Shown: piece after piece, positions 52,321 through 63,547 of the stretch
How the letters are laid out: every line of letters begins with the position of its first letter
Position numbering within the stretch: the stretch's first letter is position 1
Assembly (NCBI GenBank): GCA_963726455.1
Contig: CAVSCK010000005.1
Span: forward strand, 32,001-96,000
Length of the DNA stretch: 64,000 nt
DNA from: an uncultured bacterium
GTDB lineage: Bacteria; Zixibacteria; MSB-5A5; CAIYYT01
Direction: 5' to 3'
Notes under the pieces: model-generated
Database searches by the model: none
Told to the model about the DNA's origin: nothing
Seen by the model: only the letters and a program-made list of their open reading frames with translations
Program-made: the position numbers and the translations under genes

Positions 52321-53037
52321 ATGAAGATTCTGCGCTGTGTCGTTGTGATCGCACTGTTCGCATTAGGTGCGGAGTTGAGCGCCGCCCAGGATACTCCCCA
52401 GCAGAAGCAGCCCATGAATACGACTGTGAATGAATTGCACGGCACCTTGATAATCAGGGCGGACTCCGTGGCTGCGCCCGGATCGGTGATTGTCGTGGGC
52501 GTGGCATTTGCAGATACAACAATTTCGTTTGCGGGCTTTAGTCTCAATATCGAGTACGACCGCGGCGCGCTGGTCTTCGATTCTGCGACTCTCGGATCGT
52601 TGACAACCGGCGAGTGGGAGTATTTTATGACGAACTCTGGCCTATTAGACAAAGCAGATTCAGTCGGCAGTCCGGGATTCGTTCGCCTGGTCGGCCTGGC
52701 AGATCAACAGGATGAAGCCAAGAGGACTCCCAAACCACGTTCACTGGTTGGACCGGGGGAAATCGCCAAACTCTACTTCTATGTCGGGGACAGGGCGGAA
52801 TATCAGGGTAAGTCGACATGGCTGAGATTTGCCTGGGGTAAGTGCGACGACAACTCCTTCTCTGACCCGAAGGGACTGCGATTGTTCCTGTGTCGCAAAG
52901 CATACGATGTCGAAGGGAAATTGATCTCATCAGGAACAGCCAGATATAGCGGCCCGTCCAACAACTGCTTTCGGTCCAAGCGCAACCCTCCGGAACGTTG
53001 GTTTGACTTCCGCAATGCCCGGATACTGATCAAGTAG
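52321..53037 (+). CDS. secreted cohesin-like domain protein
   Basis: Signal peptide; AAPGSVIVVGV, FAGFSLNIEYDRGALVF, GFVRLVGLAD, GEIAKLYFYV beta-sandwich pattern. Confidence 0.7.
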   Translation: MKILRCVVVIALFALGAELSAAQDTPQQKQPMNTTVNELHGTLIIRADSVAAPGSVIVVGVAFADTTISFAGFSLNIEYDRGALVFDSATLGSLTTGEWEYFMTNSGLLDKADSVGSPGFVRLVGLADQQDEAKRTPKPRSLVGPGEIAKLYFYVGDRAEYQGKSTWLRFAWGKCDDNSFSDPKGLRLFLCRKAYDVEGKLISSGTARYSGPSNNCFRSKRNPPERWFDFRNARILIK

Positions 53038-53068
53038 CCGTCAGAAGATCACGTATGTTTCACCGGAC

Positions 53069-53100
53069 AAAATAAAACGGGCGAGTTTGTGACTCGCCCG
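53069..53100 (-). terminator. intrinsic terminator of rplY
   Basis: CGGGCGAGT-N5-ACTCGCCCG followed on the minus strand by TTTTATTTT. Confidence 0.8.
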
Positions 53101-53149
53101 CGAGAATCCACGATCAGGACCGGGATTTGAATTCAGCGAAAGACTGGGG

Positions 53150-53842
53150 CTATTTCTTCTTCCCCTTCTCCGGCTCTTCCTCTTCCTTTTCCTTCTTCTT
53201 TTCCGTGATCACTTCCGGTTCGGTCGCTTCAGCACCCTCAACAACAGCGCCTTCAACCGCCTCAGCAGCAGGAGCAACTTCTTTAATGACCGTCGGCGGC
53301 TGCACGGTGACAACCGTGTGCGACTTGTCGGTCAGAATTTCGATATTGCCGACCTGGAGATCAGCCACGTGAATGGCTTCGTTGATCTTAAGTGCGGTCA
53401 CGTCAATAGTGATGTGACTGGGGATATCCATCGGCAGGCAGCTAACTTCAAGTTCGCGGCTGACGATTTCCAACACGCCACCACCCCTGACACCTTCGGC
53501 AGTGCCGACGACATGCACCGGAACCATGACTTCGACCTTCTTGGTCAGGTCGATGCGCAGGAAATCAACGTGCACGATGCGCTCGGTGACCGGATTGTGC
53601 TGAACTTCTTTCAACAGCACCTTCTCGGCTTTGGTCTTGCCGACCACCAGATCCACCAACACGTTTTCGCCGCTGCCTTCATGGAGCAGACGCGTCAACG
53701 AGCGACTGTTGATATTCAGCATGATCGGCTTCTTGTCCATGCCGTACAGAACGGCAGGCAATTGGCCGTCCGCTCGCAACTTGCGCGTGAAACTTTTTCC
53801 GGAACCGGTTCTAACTTCCGCTTCCAGCACTAGCTCTTTCAT
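53150..53842 (-). CDS. rplY: 50S ribosomal protein L25 / Ctc
   Basis: RKLRADGQLPAVLYG, HVDFLRI, CLPMDIPSHI, EPEVITEKK. Confidence 0.97.
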   Translation of the reverse strand: MKELVLEAEVRTGSGKSFTRKLRADGQLPAVLYGMDKKPIMLNINSRSLTRLLHEGSGENVLVDLVVGKTKAEKVLLKEVQHNPVTERIVHVDFLRIDLTKKVEVMVPVHVVGTAEGVRGGGVLEIVSRELEVSCLPMDIPSHITIDVTALKINEAIHVADLQVGNIEILTDKSHTVVTVQPPTVIKEVAPAAEAVEGAVVEGAEATEPEVITEKKKEKEEEEPEKGKKK

Positions 53843-53862
53843 CACTTCTCCTTTATAACAAA

Positions 53863-54798
53863 CTAATCAAATAACTTCGAAACTGATTCCTCATGCCAGA
53901 TCCGCCGAATTGCCTCTCCGAAAATATCCGCCGTTGACAATACGACGAATTTGGACGGCAAGTTGAGACAGGCGCGATCAATGGTATCGGAAATAATCAT
54001 CTCGGTGATTTGCGAATTCTGGATGCGTTCGACTGCCGGGCCCGACAAGACACCGTGGGTGACGCAAACATAGATCTCGCGCGCTCCCTGTTTCTTGAGA
54101 GCATCGGCACCCAGCACGATGGTGCCGGCAGTGTCGACGATGTCGTCGCGAATGATGACGTTCTTGCCGGAGACGTCACCGATAATATTCATGACTTCCG
54201 CTTCGTTGGCGGCTTCGCGGCGCTTGTCGATAATCGCCAACGGGCACTTCAGCTCTTTCGCAAACGCCCGTGCGATCTTAATTGAACCGACGTCAGCAGA
54301 GACCGTGACCAGGTTCGTCAAGCTTTTGGAGCGGAAATATTCGTAGAAGATCTTGCTTGCATACAAGTGGTCATGCGGAATATCGAAATAGCCCTGCAAC
54401 TGAGAGGCATGCAAATCCATGGTGATAATGCGATCGGCGCCGGCGACGGTAATCAGGTTGGCGACGAGTTTCGCGGTGATCGGAACGCGCGGTTGATCTT
54501 TGCGATCCTGGCGGGCATAGCCATAGTAGGGGATGACCGCGGTGATACGCTTGGCCGAAGCGCGGCGGGCGGCATCGATCATAATCAGCAACTCAAAGAG
54601 ATTCTCAGCCGGTGGATTGGTCGGCTGAATGATGAACAAATCCGAACCACGTATATTCTGATTGATCTGGACTTTGACTTCCCCGTCCGCAAAGCGCTTC
54701 ACCTCGCAGTCGGTCAAAGGCACGCCGCAATACTGGGAAATCCTTTGTGCCAGCGGCAAATTGCTGGTGCCTGAGATGATCTTTAACGCATTCTGCAT
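53863..54798 (-). CDS. prs: ribose-phosphate pyrophosphokinase
   Basis: RFADGE, PYYGYARQDRK, DLHASQ, DDIVDTAGT, THGVLSG. Confidence 0.98.
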   Translation of the reverse strand: MQNALKIISGTSNLPLAQRISQYCGVPLTDCEVKRFADGEVKVQINQNIRGSDLFIIQPTNPPAENLFELLIMIDAARRASAKRITAVIPYYGYARQDRKDQPRVPITAKLVANLITVAGADRIITMDLHASQLQGYFDIPHDHLYASKIFYEYFRSKSLTNLVTVSADVGSIKIARAFAKELKCPLAIIDKRREAANEAEVMNIIGDVSGKNVIIRDDIVDTAGTIVLGADALKKQGAREIYVCVTHGVLSGPAVERIQNSQITEMIISDTIDRACLNLPSKFVVLSTADIFGEAIRRIWHEESVSKLFD

Positions 54799-55049
54799 CA
54801 TAACTCCCTGTAATTCCCTCGAACAGAAACCTTCTATAATAGTGATTCCGGCTCAGAAATCAAGGTGAAAATGGGCGAACTCACGCTGCACACGCCAAGG
54901 CGATCGCACACTGAACCTACCTAACCTCTTAATTGCCAAATAGTTACCTGACCGGGTCAGGTGACACAGTCGACGACGTCTTCCACCGTGTATGAGCTGC
55001 AGCGCATAGATTCGGGAACTGCTCGCTACAGGCGTCCGCGAGATCATTC

Positions 55050-56048
55050 CTAAAGAATGATTGAGAGCAACATGTAGGATGCGACGCCGAAGATTGCCGC
55101 ACCGGGAATAGTGAAGAACCAAGCCAATACGATATTGCCGATTATCTTCCAGCGGAGATTGCCGAGTCGTCCGGCGATGGCGGTACCGGCGATAGAGCCG
55201 GTGGCGACTTGAGTCGTCGACTTGGGGATGCCGAGCAGGGCTGTTACCAAAATCACTGTCCCCGCCGATGCTTCGGCAGCGCAGCCGTCCAGAGGTTCGT
55301 GCAGCCTGGTCATCTTGTGTCCCATGGTCTTGATAATTCGCCAACCGCCTACCGAAGTCCCAAGTCCAATTGTGAATGCTGAAGCGATACGAACCCACAG
55401 GGGAACATGAAAGGTACTGATCGCTCCCGCAGACAAAAGCGCAATCGTCATTATACCCATGGCATTCTGCGCGTCGTTCATGCCATGAGCAAGCGACACA
55501 TAGGCCGCGGAGAGGACCTGAAAGTGCTTGAAGACTTTAGCTGTCGCACGATACGGCAACTTCCAAGCCGCCCAGGAAAAGATGACTTTCAAGAGCAGGC
55601 CGCCGAGCAAGCCGATGAATGGCGCTACAATCATAGCGATACCGATTTTGAGAATTCCGGACATTACAAGTATTTGGAAGTCGAAGTGATTTATGAACAG
55701 CCCCACTCCGATCAACCCGCCGACAAGGGCGTGAGTCGAGGAAGACGGCAAACCGAAATACCAGGTGAAGTACCCCCAAAGCACCGCCCCCGTGACCGCC
55801 GCCAAAAGCAAAGGCAGCGTGACGACATTGCTTTCAATCACTCCCTTACCTATCGTGTAAGCCACGGCGGTATTGAGCAGGCCACCGACGAAATTCAGGG
55901 TGCGTGCCATAATAATCGCCTTGCGGGGCGACATGGCGCGAGTTGCGATTGTCGTGGCGATGGCATTGGCGGCGTCATGGAAACCGTTGACGAAATCATA
56001 CATCAATGAAGCCGCTATGATTAGAATCAGGAGAAGCTGATCAGACAT
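55050..56048 (-). CDS. PiT family inorganic phosphate transporter
   Basis: NGFHDAANAIAT, GLPSSSTHALVGG, AHGMNDAQNAMG, GGWRIIKTMG. Confidence 0.95.
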   Translation of the reverse strand: MSDQLLLILIIAASLMYDFVNGFHDAANAIATTIATRAMSPRKAIIMARTLNFVGGLLNTAVAYTIGKGVIESNVVTLPLLLAAVTGAVLWGYFTWYFGLPSSSTHALVGGLIGVGLFINHFDFQILVMSGILKIGIAMIVAPFIGLLGGLLLKVIFSWAAWKLPYRATAKVFKHFQVLSAAYVSLAHGMNDAQNAMGIMTIALLSAGAISTFHVPLWVRIASAFTIGLGTSVGGWRIIKTMGHKMTRLHEPLDGCAAEASAGTVILVTALLGIPKSTTQVATGSIAGTAIAGRLGNLRWKIIGNIVLAWFFTIPGAAIFGVASYMLLSIIL

Positions 56049-56800
56049 TCTCGGCTACCAACCGTCTGAGAGTGCCGGTCAGTTCGGTGCAGGCGTCAAT
56101 CGAGCGTTCGAGTTCCTCGTAGACCTGCCGCAGAATAAAGAATACGGCTGTGTGTCGCGTGTACTCAACATTGGCTTTGATAATTGGCAACATCTCTCCG
56201 GCGCTTTCGGAAGACTCGAATTGCTTGATACGGTTTTCCAGATTCTGCCGGTCGGCCCGGATCTCCTGAAAGCGACGACGCAGTCCCTCGTGATATATTT
56301 CATCCGCCTGTGTCTCGAGGTGGTCGACGGCGCGGAAATAGGGTTCGATCTTACGATCATGCGGCAAGCGACTTGACCGCTTTGGCAATTTCCTCGCAGG
56401 CGCGCAGAATTAACGGCGCCAATTCACGCATTTCCTTGTCGCTGGTCGGGAAAGTCGTAGATGACATAGCGGTTGGCCGCATGGTTGACATGCTTCATAA
56501 TGCGAAAGGCGTCGTCGTTAAACTGGCTGATCTCGGAGCGGTCGAACGGCGGTTGCTGCGAGCGATTAAGCAGGTCTTCGATCGATTCATTGATGCGATT
56601 ACAGGTAGTCAGGCAGGTTTCGATCTTCTTGCCGATGACTTGTCGATCGCTCACCGGTGCGGCACAAAAGATTCAACCAGCATGGACTTGCGTCGATCAG
56701 GTTGTCCATGGTCTCGTCGAAGAAGCTGATAGAATTCTTTGTCCCGAGGAGGAAGCAACCGGATATTCTTTATACTCTTTAGAACATCTAACACACTCAT
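56041..56800 (-). pseudogene. DUF47 phosphate transport regulator, frameshifted
   Basis: LLPPRDKEFY..., PFDRSEI, LETQADEIYHEGL, VYEELERSIDAC; split across three track ORFs; overlaps PiT start. Confidence 0.8.
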
Positions 56801-56923
56801 AATTTCGCCTTCATATTTGATGACCAATTGCTCTGTGGGAATGTTACATCCTGACGATCCGATTTCCCTCGATATCAATCACTGTGGTCACCCGTGTCGA
56901 GCGAAGAACACCGACCGGTGCGA

Positions 56924-57689
56924 TCAATTCAGCGCCCGAAGATAGCAAAATTGTTGGACGCCAGTCGAACTCGATTTTGGATGCCAATCCGACAAGACAA
57001 TCGACGGCGATTGGCAGGCGGTCAGCATAGGACGATTTGCCCCATGGCGGACAATTTCACCGTCGACCATGTAGATCACGTCTTCGGCAATGTTGGTGGT
57101 GTGGTCGGCGATGCGCTCGAGATTGCGGGAAACAGCGAGCATCTGAATGAGCGAGTCCATCCTTTCGGGAGTCTTGCGAATCTGTCCCTGCACGCACTCG
57201 TACATGCTGCGGTTGATCTCATCGACTTCGTCGTCGGCAGCCAGCACCGAATGCGCCAGCTGCCGAATCGAGACTTACCAGCGAGTCGAGTGCAGTGTGC
57301 AACATGGACTCGACTTTTTCGGACATCTTGGGAAAGTCATACGGATGGACGACCGGCTCCTGCAGCGCCAGTGACACGGCGCGCTCGGCGATATTGGCGG
57401 AGAGATCACCGATCCGCTCCAGATCGTTGTTGATCTTCAGCACGGCGATAATAAACCGCAGATCGATCGCGACCGGCTGATGCAACGCCAGAATCTTGAG
57501 GCAGTCCTCTTCCACTTCGACTTCCATGTTATCAATCAAGACGTCGTCGTCGACCACGCGGCGCGCCAGTTTTTCGTCACGGCTGACAATTGATTTCACG
57601 GCGCGGTGCAAAGAATCTTCGACCATGGCTCCGAGCGAAAGAATCTTGCGCTTAAGCCGATCAATTTCTCGTTGTAAATGCTGTGCCAT
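56924..57689 (-). pseudogene. phoU: phosphate signalling protein PhoU, one frameshift near 57264
   Basis: ALHQPVAIDLR, DLERIGD, then DDEVD...RNLERIADHTTNIAEDVIYMVDGEIVRH in another frame. Confidence 0.92.
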
Positions 57690-57738
57690 CTTTCCTTCCC
57701 GTAGTTCCTGACGTCGATTGAATGACCTCAGACGATGA

Positions 57739-58563
57739 TCATCCGAACCGGCCGGTGACGTAGTCTTCGGTCTGCTTCTTGTCCGGCTTGGTGAATATCT
57801 TCGGCGTTTCGCCGAATTCCACCATGTGGCCTTCATAGAAGAAGGCCGTATAGTCCGAAATACGCGCCGCCTGCTGCATATTGTGCGTCACGATCACAAT
57901 CGTGTATTGCTTTTTCAACTCGGCGATCAGGTCTTCGATCTTGGCGGTCGATATCGGATCGAGCGCCGATGCCGGTTCGTCCATCAGCAGCACTTCCGGC
58001 CGGACAGCCAACGCCCGCGCGATGCAGAGCCGCTGCTGCTGGCCGCCGGAGAGCATGTAGGCGCTGTTCTTGAGCTTGTCCTTAACCTCTTCCCACAGAA
58101 ATGCCCTCTTGAGCGTGTCCTCCACCGCTTCACTGATCATCTGCTTGTCGTTGATGCCGTTAACTCGCAGACCGTAGGCGACATTGTCGAAGATCGATTT
58201 CGGAAATGGGTTCGACTTCTGAAAGACCATGCCGACGCGCGTGCGCACAGTGGAAACATCCCTGATGTCCTGGTAAATATCGACGCCGTCGAGCTTGACG
58301 ATGCCTTTCATCCGCGTTCCGGGAATGGTTTCGTTCATCCGATTGAGCGTGCGCAGAAATGTCGACTTGCCGCAGCCCGATGGGCCGATGAACGCCGTGA
58401 CGCCGTTTTCCTCGATATCGAGAGACACGTTGTGCAATGCCTGGACGTTGCTGTAGAAGAAGTCCAGCTTGCGTATTTCGAATTTCACTCTGCCCGGTTG
58501 ACGCGGCGGATGGCCGCGTGACACCACCGGACGTTCGCTCATTTCCAGTTCTGATTCAACCAC
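57739..58563 (-). CDS. pstB: phosphate ABC transporter ATP-binding protein
   Basis: [44 protein letters not shown]. Confidence 0.98.
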   Translation of the reverse strand: MVESELEMSERPVVSRGHPPRQPGRVKFEIRKLDFFYSNVQALHNVSLDIEENGVTAFIGPSGCGKSTFLRTLNRMNETIPGTRMKGIVKLDGVDIYQDIRDVSTVRTRVGMVFQKSNPFPKSIFDNVAYGLRVNGINDKQMISEAVEDTLKRAFLWEEVKDKLKNSAYMLSGGQQQRLCIARALAVRPEVLLMDEPASALDPISTAKIEDLIAELKKQYTIVIVTHNMQQAARISDYTAFFYEGHMVEFGETPKIFTKPDKKQTEDYVTGRFG

Positions 58564-59507
58564 TGATTCGCCTCGACCTAATTTTCGATCTGATCAGTAT
58601 CGCTACAAAGTTCAGCAGAAATGTCAGCACCAGCAATACCAGCACCGTGCCATAGAGAATCGGTTTGGTCTTTTCGACATCTGGTGACTGGGTTGACATG
58701 ACGTAGACATGATACCCCAGTTCCATGAACTGATCGTTGAGCGCCCGGGGTAGATACGGAAGATAGTAGGCGGCGCCCGTAAACATGATCGGCGCGACTT
58801 CGCCCGCGCCACGGCTGATTGCCAAGATCGCGCCGGTGAAGATGCCGGGGAGCGCCTGCGGAATTATCACTCGAATAATCGTCTGCAGTTTGGTCGCGCC
58901 CAGCGCATAGCTGGCGTCCTTGAGTTCGCGGGGAATTGCTCGCAGCGCTTCTTCTGTCGACACAATCACGACCGGCAGACGTCAGCAGCGCGAGTGTCAG
59001 GGCCGCCCAGATTATCGCCGGTTGTCCCCAAACCGGTTTCTCCGCTCCCAGTAGTCCAGTGTCGATTCCATGTCCGATAAATCCGATGAAGAACCCCAGA
59101 CCGAACAATCCGAACACGATTGACGGCACGCCGGCGAGATTGTTGATCGCGGTGCGAATCAGCCGCGTCGTGCGCGAGGTCGGGCTGGTGTATTCCGATA
59201 GGTAGATCGCCGTCAGTACGCCGACCGGAACACCGGTTATGACCATGAGCAGAACCAGGAACACGGTGCCAAAGATCGCCGGAAAGATACCGCCCGCTTC
59301 CATGCCGTCTTTCGGCGGCTGCGTGAGGAATTCCCAACTAATGATGCCGGTTCCGTGCAGCAATACATTGAAGAGTATAATGCCCAGCATCGCGACAATG
59401 ATCAGCACCGCCGCCAGTGTCAGGCCTTGCGGAATCAGTCCGCGAGTTTTGGGACGAAATTGCAGTGGAGCCAGAGTCGGGGCGGTAGCAGTTGAAGGGT
59501 TGCTCAT
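58556..59507 (-). pseudogene. pstA: phosphate ABC transporter permease PstA, one frameshift near 58980
   Basis: GGIFPAIFGT, NLAGVPSIVFGLFG; removing one T restores LLTLPVVIVSTEEALRAIP...SRGAGEVAPI. Confidence 0.93.
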
Positions 59508-60463
59508 GACGTCCTCCCCTGCAATCTGGTTTTGAGCCGTCCCAGGATGACTTCGCCGCCCAGATTAGTCACGAACGTGAACAAGAACAGTACCGTGCCG
59601 ATGAAGAAGAGCACAGAATAATGTGTGCTGCCGAAAACAACTTCCGCGAGTTCGGCAGCGATCGTCGCCGAAAGAGTGCGCGCCGAATCAAGGAAGCTCG
59701 CGGACACAATCGCGGCATTGCCGGATGCCATCAATACGATCATCGTCTCACCAATCGCTCGGCCAAAACCGAGCACGATTCCGGCGGCAATACCGGGAAG
59801 GGCCGCAGGCAACACCATCGTAAACGAAACCTGCCAGGGATTCGCTCCCAACGCTCGCGCGGCATCACGCAACGATTGCGGCACCGAGGTCATCGCATCT
59901 TCGGCGACAGTGAAGACGATCGGAATGATCGCCAGACCGAGAGCAATGCCGGCATTTAGCACGTTCAGGCGATAGGTCAAACCCAGTGTCTTCTGCAAGA
60001 CGGTCGCCAAGACAATCAGCGCGAAGAAGCCCAATACCACCGAGGGAATGCCGGCGAGGAGTTCGATCACCGGTTTGATGATTTCCCGCATTCGTTTGGA
60101 GGCAAATTCCGCGGAGTAGATTGCAGCGCCGACAGCAAGCGGCGTCGCGAATAACATGGCGATGATTGCGGCCTTGATCGTGCCCAGCATCAGAGGCCAG
60201 AGCGAATACTTGGGCACTTCCGAATTCGGCTGCCAGCTCCATTTCGCGGGCTTGTCCTTCTGAAACTGCTGTTTGAACGTCATCTTGTCGAGACTGGCTT
60301 CCTGCTGAGCATCGGCTGACGTGAAAATCGGAGCGGCTTCCTTGAAGATGAAAATGAAGATTAGCAGTATCGCTATCAGCGCCACGAATGCGTTTACCGC
60401 AATGAACTTCTCACCGAGAAATTCCCGCCAACGCGATTTGGGCTTGAACTGATAAGGCGTCAT
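59504..60463 (-). CDS. pstC: phosphate ABC transporter permease PstC
   Basis: KPVIELLAGIPSVVLG, GRAIGETMIVLMASGN. Confidence 0.97.
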   Translation of the reverse strand: MTPYQFKPKSRWREFLGEKFIAVNAFVALIAILLIFIFIFKEAAPIFTSADAQQEASLDKMTFKQQFQKDKPAKWSWQPNSEVPKYSLWPLMLGTIKAAIIAMLFATPLAVGAAIYSAEFASKRMREIIKPVIELLAGIPSVVLGFFALIVLATVLQKTLGLTYRLNVLNAGIALGLAIIPIVFTVAEDAMTSVPQSLRDAARALGANPWQVSFTMVLPAALPGIAAGIVLGFGRAIGETMIVLMASGNAAIVSASFLDSARTLSATIAAELAEVVFGSTHYSVLFFIGTVLFLFTFVTNLGGEVILGRLKTRLQGRTS

Positions 60464-60473
60464 ATTGCGATCC

Positions 60474-61298
60474 TCATTTCACCGGCAGCGGCACAAAGCC
60501 GGCCTTCTGTGCGAGGGCCTGGCCTTCAGACGACAAAACCCAATTCACGAAATCCCTAACTTCACCAGACGGGTCGCCATTGAGAAGAAAACAGAGGTCG
60601 CGAGCAATCGGATAGACACCGAGTGTTACATTTTCAACAGTCGGCGTCACGGGCTGCGCAGTGTCATTTTCGCTTATCGCTGCATACTTGATACCACTGG
60701 CCCAGGCAATGCCGCCATACCCGATACCGTTGGGATCGTGAGCGACTGCATGAACTACTGACGCCGTACCCGGCAACGGCTCACAGCGTTCGGCGAAATC
60801 CTCGCCGCCCAGGATGCGATCCCGAAAGAAAGTAAATGTGCCCGAATTGTTTTCGCGGCCGTAGAGGATGATCGGATTGTCCTTGCCGCCAAGTTGGTTC
60901 CAGTTGTTGATGCTGTCGGTATAGATTTCGCGAAGCTGCTCGATTGTCAGATCACGAATCGGATTTTCTTTGTTGAGATAGACAGCAACGCCATCACGAG
61001 CAACCGCAAACCGCCGGAGATCGATTCCTTTCGCCGACATCATCTGTGTTTCCTGAGCAGACAGTTCGCGCGAGGTCATACAAATCTTGGTCGAACCGTT
61101 GACCAGCGCCGCGATTCCCGATGACGATCCGCCGCCGGAGACCTGAATCACTGTTTCTTTGTGATTCTTCATGTAGTCCTCGGCCCAGCGCTGGCAGAGG
61201 CGAACCATGGTGTCCGAACCCTTAATAGTGATTTGCCCCGCGGATGCCATCTGAGACACGAGTAGAACACACACAGCGACAACAAGCACCCTCTTCAT
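60474..61298 (-). CDS. pstS: phosphate ABC transporter substrate-binding protein
   Basis: ITIKGSDT, GGGSSSGI, GRENNSGT, YPIAR. Confidence 0.95.
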   Translation of the reverse strand: MKRVLVVAVCVLLVSQMASAGQITIKGSDTMVRLCQRWAEDYMKNHKETVIQVSGGGSSSGIAALVNGSTKICMTSRELSAQETQMMSAKGIDLRRFAVARDGVAVYLNKENPIRDLTIEQLREIYTDSINNWNQLGGKDNPIILYGRENNSGTFTFFRDRILGGEDFAERCEPLPGTASVVHAVAHDPNGIGYGGIAWASGIKYAAISENDTAQPVTPTVENVTLGVYPIARDLCFLLNGDPSGEVRDFVNWVLSSEGQALAQKAGFVPLPVK

Positions 61299-61335
61299 CA
61301 GTGATTCCCTTGCATAAAGGAAGTAACGACTCGGA

Positions 61336-61366
61336 ATGTTAGGATTTTGTTAGGAATCAGTAAGAT
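61336..61366 (-). promoter_or_regulatory. Pho-box-like 11-bp direct repeats upstream of pstS
   Basis: GTTAG at 61338 and 61349, GTAAG at 61360 (CTAAC on the coding strand). Confidence 0.75.
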
Positions 61367-61395
61367 GTCGACAAAGCGCGAATTTGGGGCAAGGA

Positions 61396-62772
61396 TTACT
61401 TCGATGGCAGATGGATTGTGAACGTGCTTCCCTGCCCCACTTTACTGTCTACGCTCAGCGTTCCGTTGTGTGCGATCACAATATGCTTTGATATCGCCAA
61501 TCCGAGCCCGGTGCCGCCTTCGGCACGGCTGCGAGATTTGTCGACGCGGTAAAATCTTTCAAACAATCGCGTCAGATGTTCCGGTGCAATGCCACAACCC
61601 TGATCGCGGACGGCGATAGTTACGGAACTCTCGCCGCGTGCAGCGGCGACATCTATCCTTTTCCCCGGCTCACTGTATTTCACCGCGTTATCAATCAGAT
61701 TAATGACCGCCTGTTCAAGCAGCGGTTGATTTGCGCGCACGCGGAGATCTTCGGGACAGGACAAGGTAACGGAAATGTGCTTAGCGCTCGTGAGTGAATC
61801 ACAGGCGGTAATGGCTGCCGCCAGAATGCTCCTTAGCCCGACCGGCTGCAGTACGATCTGGCCCCGTTCGGCATCCTGTTCGATTCGTGACAGCCTGAGT
61901 AAGTCTTCGATTATGTTCTGCAACCGTGCCGCCTGCTTGCCGATGATTTCAAGAAACCGGCGCGACTCCACAGGGTTCTCCAGCGAACTGTCAAGCAAGG
62001 TCTCAATGTAGCCCTTGATCGAAGTGATCGGGGTTTTCAATTCGTGAGACACATTAGCGACAAATTCACGCCGCAGGTTTTCGAGTTTGCGTATGCGAGT
62101 GACATCATTGAGTACGATCAGTGCGCCGAGCCGTGCGCCAGAATTACTTCGCATGGCTGTGCCCGTCACCTGCAAGTATCGCTCGTCTCTGCCTGCCAGA
62201 ATTATGTCTCCTTCTGCTGCCACATCCAGCGTCAGTGCCCGGCCTACCAATTTCTGTAGTTCGGCATGACGCACCGTATCCTGAAGAGTGCGTCCGACGG
62301 TTGCCTTGAGATCGACATCGAACATCCGCGCAGCCGACTGATTGATGCTGACGATCTTTTCATCCGCGTCGACAACCAGAACGCCTTCGATCATGTTCGC
62401 GGTGATCGTGTGGTATTCCTGGCTCTGCTGCGACAACACTCCGGAACGCGCGGCGAGCTGCTCAGCGATGCTACTTAGCGAGTCCGCTACTTCATCCAGT
62501 TCCGAAATGCCCGAGTGCAAAGAGTAGGTGTCGTATTCGCCGTTGGCGATGTGTTTTGTCTTCTGCTTTAGCTGCGTTAACGAGCGCGATAGCCGGCGTG
62601 ACACGATGATGCCGGTTACAATCGCGGTTGCCAGAACCAGGCAGAGAATGGTGACGAGCACGCTCAGTGAGACGGGCGCGGATACTGCGACAATTACCGT
62701 TGCCGCTATCACGACCAGTGCGATCAGCAGAAACGGCCGCATAAATCGCCAGAACGTTCGATCGTGGAGCAT
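61396..62772 (-). CDS. phoR: phosphate regulon sensor histidine kinase (HAMP, PAS, HisKA, HATPase)
   Basis: EFVANVSHELKTP, NLIDNAVKYS, FERFYRVDKSRSR..GGTGLGL. Confidence 0.93.
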   Translation of the reverse strand: MLHDRTFWRFMRPFLLIALVVIAATVIVAVSAPVSLSVLVTILCLVLATAIVTGIIVSRRLSRSLTQLKQKTKHIANGEYDTYSLHSGISELDEVADSLSSIAEQLAARSGVLSQQSQEYHTITANMIEGVLVVDADEKIVSINQSAARMFDVDLKATVGRTLQDTVRHAELQKLVGRALTLDVAAEGDIILAGRDERYLQVTGTAMRSNSGARLGALIVLNDVTRIRKLENLRREFVANVSHELKTPITSIKGYIETLLDSSLENPVESRRFLEIIGKQAARLQNIIEDLLRLSRIEQDAERGQIVLQPVGLRSILAAAITACDSLTSAKHISVTLSCPEDLRVRANQPLLEQAVINLIDNAVKYSEPGKRIDVAAARGESSVTIAVRDQGCGIAPEHLTRLFERFYRVDKSRSRAEGGTGLGLAISKHIVIAHNGTLSVDSKVGQGSTFTIHLPSK

Positions 62773-62774
62773 GG

Positions 62775-63461
62775 CTATTCCTTGAGCTTGTAGCCGACAC
62801 CGCGGACGGTCTCGATAACCGCGCCCTGGATTCCCAGTTTGCGGCGCAAACCCACAATCTGCACGTCGACCGCGCGGTCGGTTACGATGGTCTCTTCACC
62901 ATGGATTTCGTTGACGATTTGATAGCGGCTGAATACCCAGCCGGGATGGCGAGCGAGCAAATGCAGTATCTCAAATTCGGTCAGCGTCAACTCGACCGGT
63001 CTGCCCGCCAGCGTAACCTGATGACGTCCCGGATCAATCACTATGTCGTGGACTCTCAGCGTGGCGCCGTCCTTAACGTCCTTGCCTCCCTTGCGACGCA
63101 GGGCCGCGCGCACGCGCGCAATCAGGACTTTCGGGCTGAACGGCTTGGTGATGTAATCGTCCGCGCCAACTTCCAGGCCGGTGATGACATCGCTTTCTTC
63201 GCTCTTGGCGGTCAGCATGATTATCGGTATACGCTGAGTCTTCGAATCATTCTTGAGAATCTTGCAGACATCGAGGCCGTCGATTCCCGGCAGCATCAAA
63301 TCGAGAATGATGAGATCAGGCAGATTATTGCGCGCTGCCTTCAAGGCCGCCTCACCGGTCGCGGCGCCGGCCACACGATATCCCTCCTTGCCGAGGTTGA
63401 ATTTGATAAGTTCGAGAATGTCTTCTTCATCCTCGACTACCAGAATCATTTCCTTAGCCAT
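62775..63461 (-). CDS. phoB: phosphate regulon response regulator (OmpR family)
   Basis: VVEDE, LDLMLPG, GADDYITKPFSP, RAVDVQI, ETVRGVGY; adjacent to phoR and pst genes. Confidence 0.92.
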   Translation of the reverse strand: MAKEMILVVEDEEDILELIKFNLGKEGYRVAGAATGEAALKAARNNLPDLIILDLMLPGIDGLDVCKILKNDSKTQRIPIIMLTAKSEESDVITGLEVGADDYITKPFSPKVLIARVRAALRRKGGKDVKDGATLRVHDIVIDPGRHQVTLAGRPVELTLTEFEILHLLARHPGWVFSRYQIVNEIHGEETIVTDRAVDVQIVGLRRKLGIQGAVIETVRGVGYKLKE

Positions 63462-63547
63462 ACCGATCCCTTTACGACCTCCGAACGATGCTCAATTGAC
63501 AATATAGTACTGCGACGGCAACGTTCAACATTAACTCTACCTCCCTG

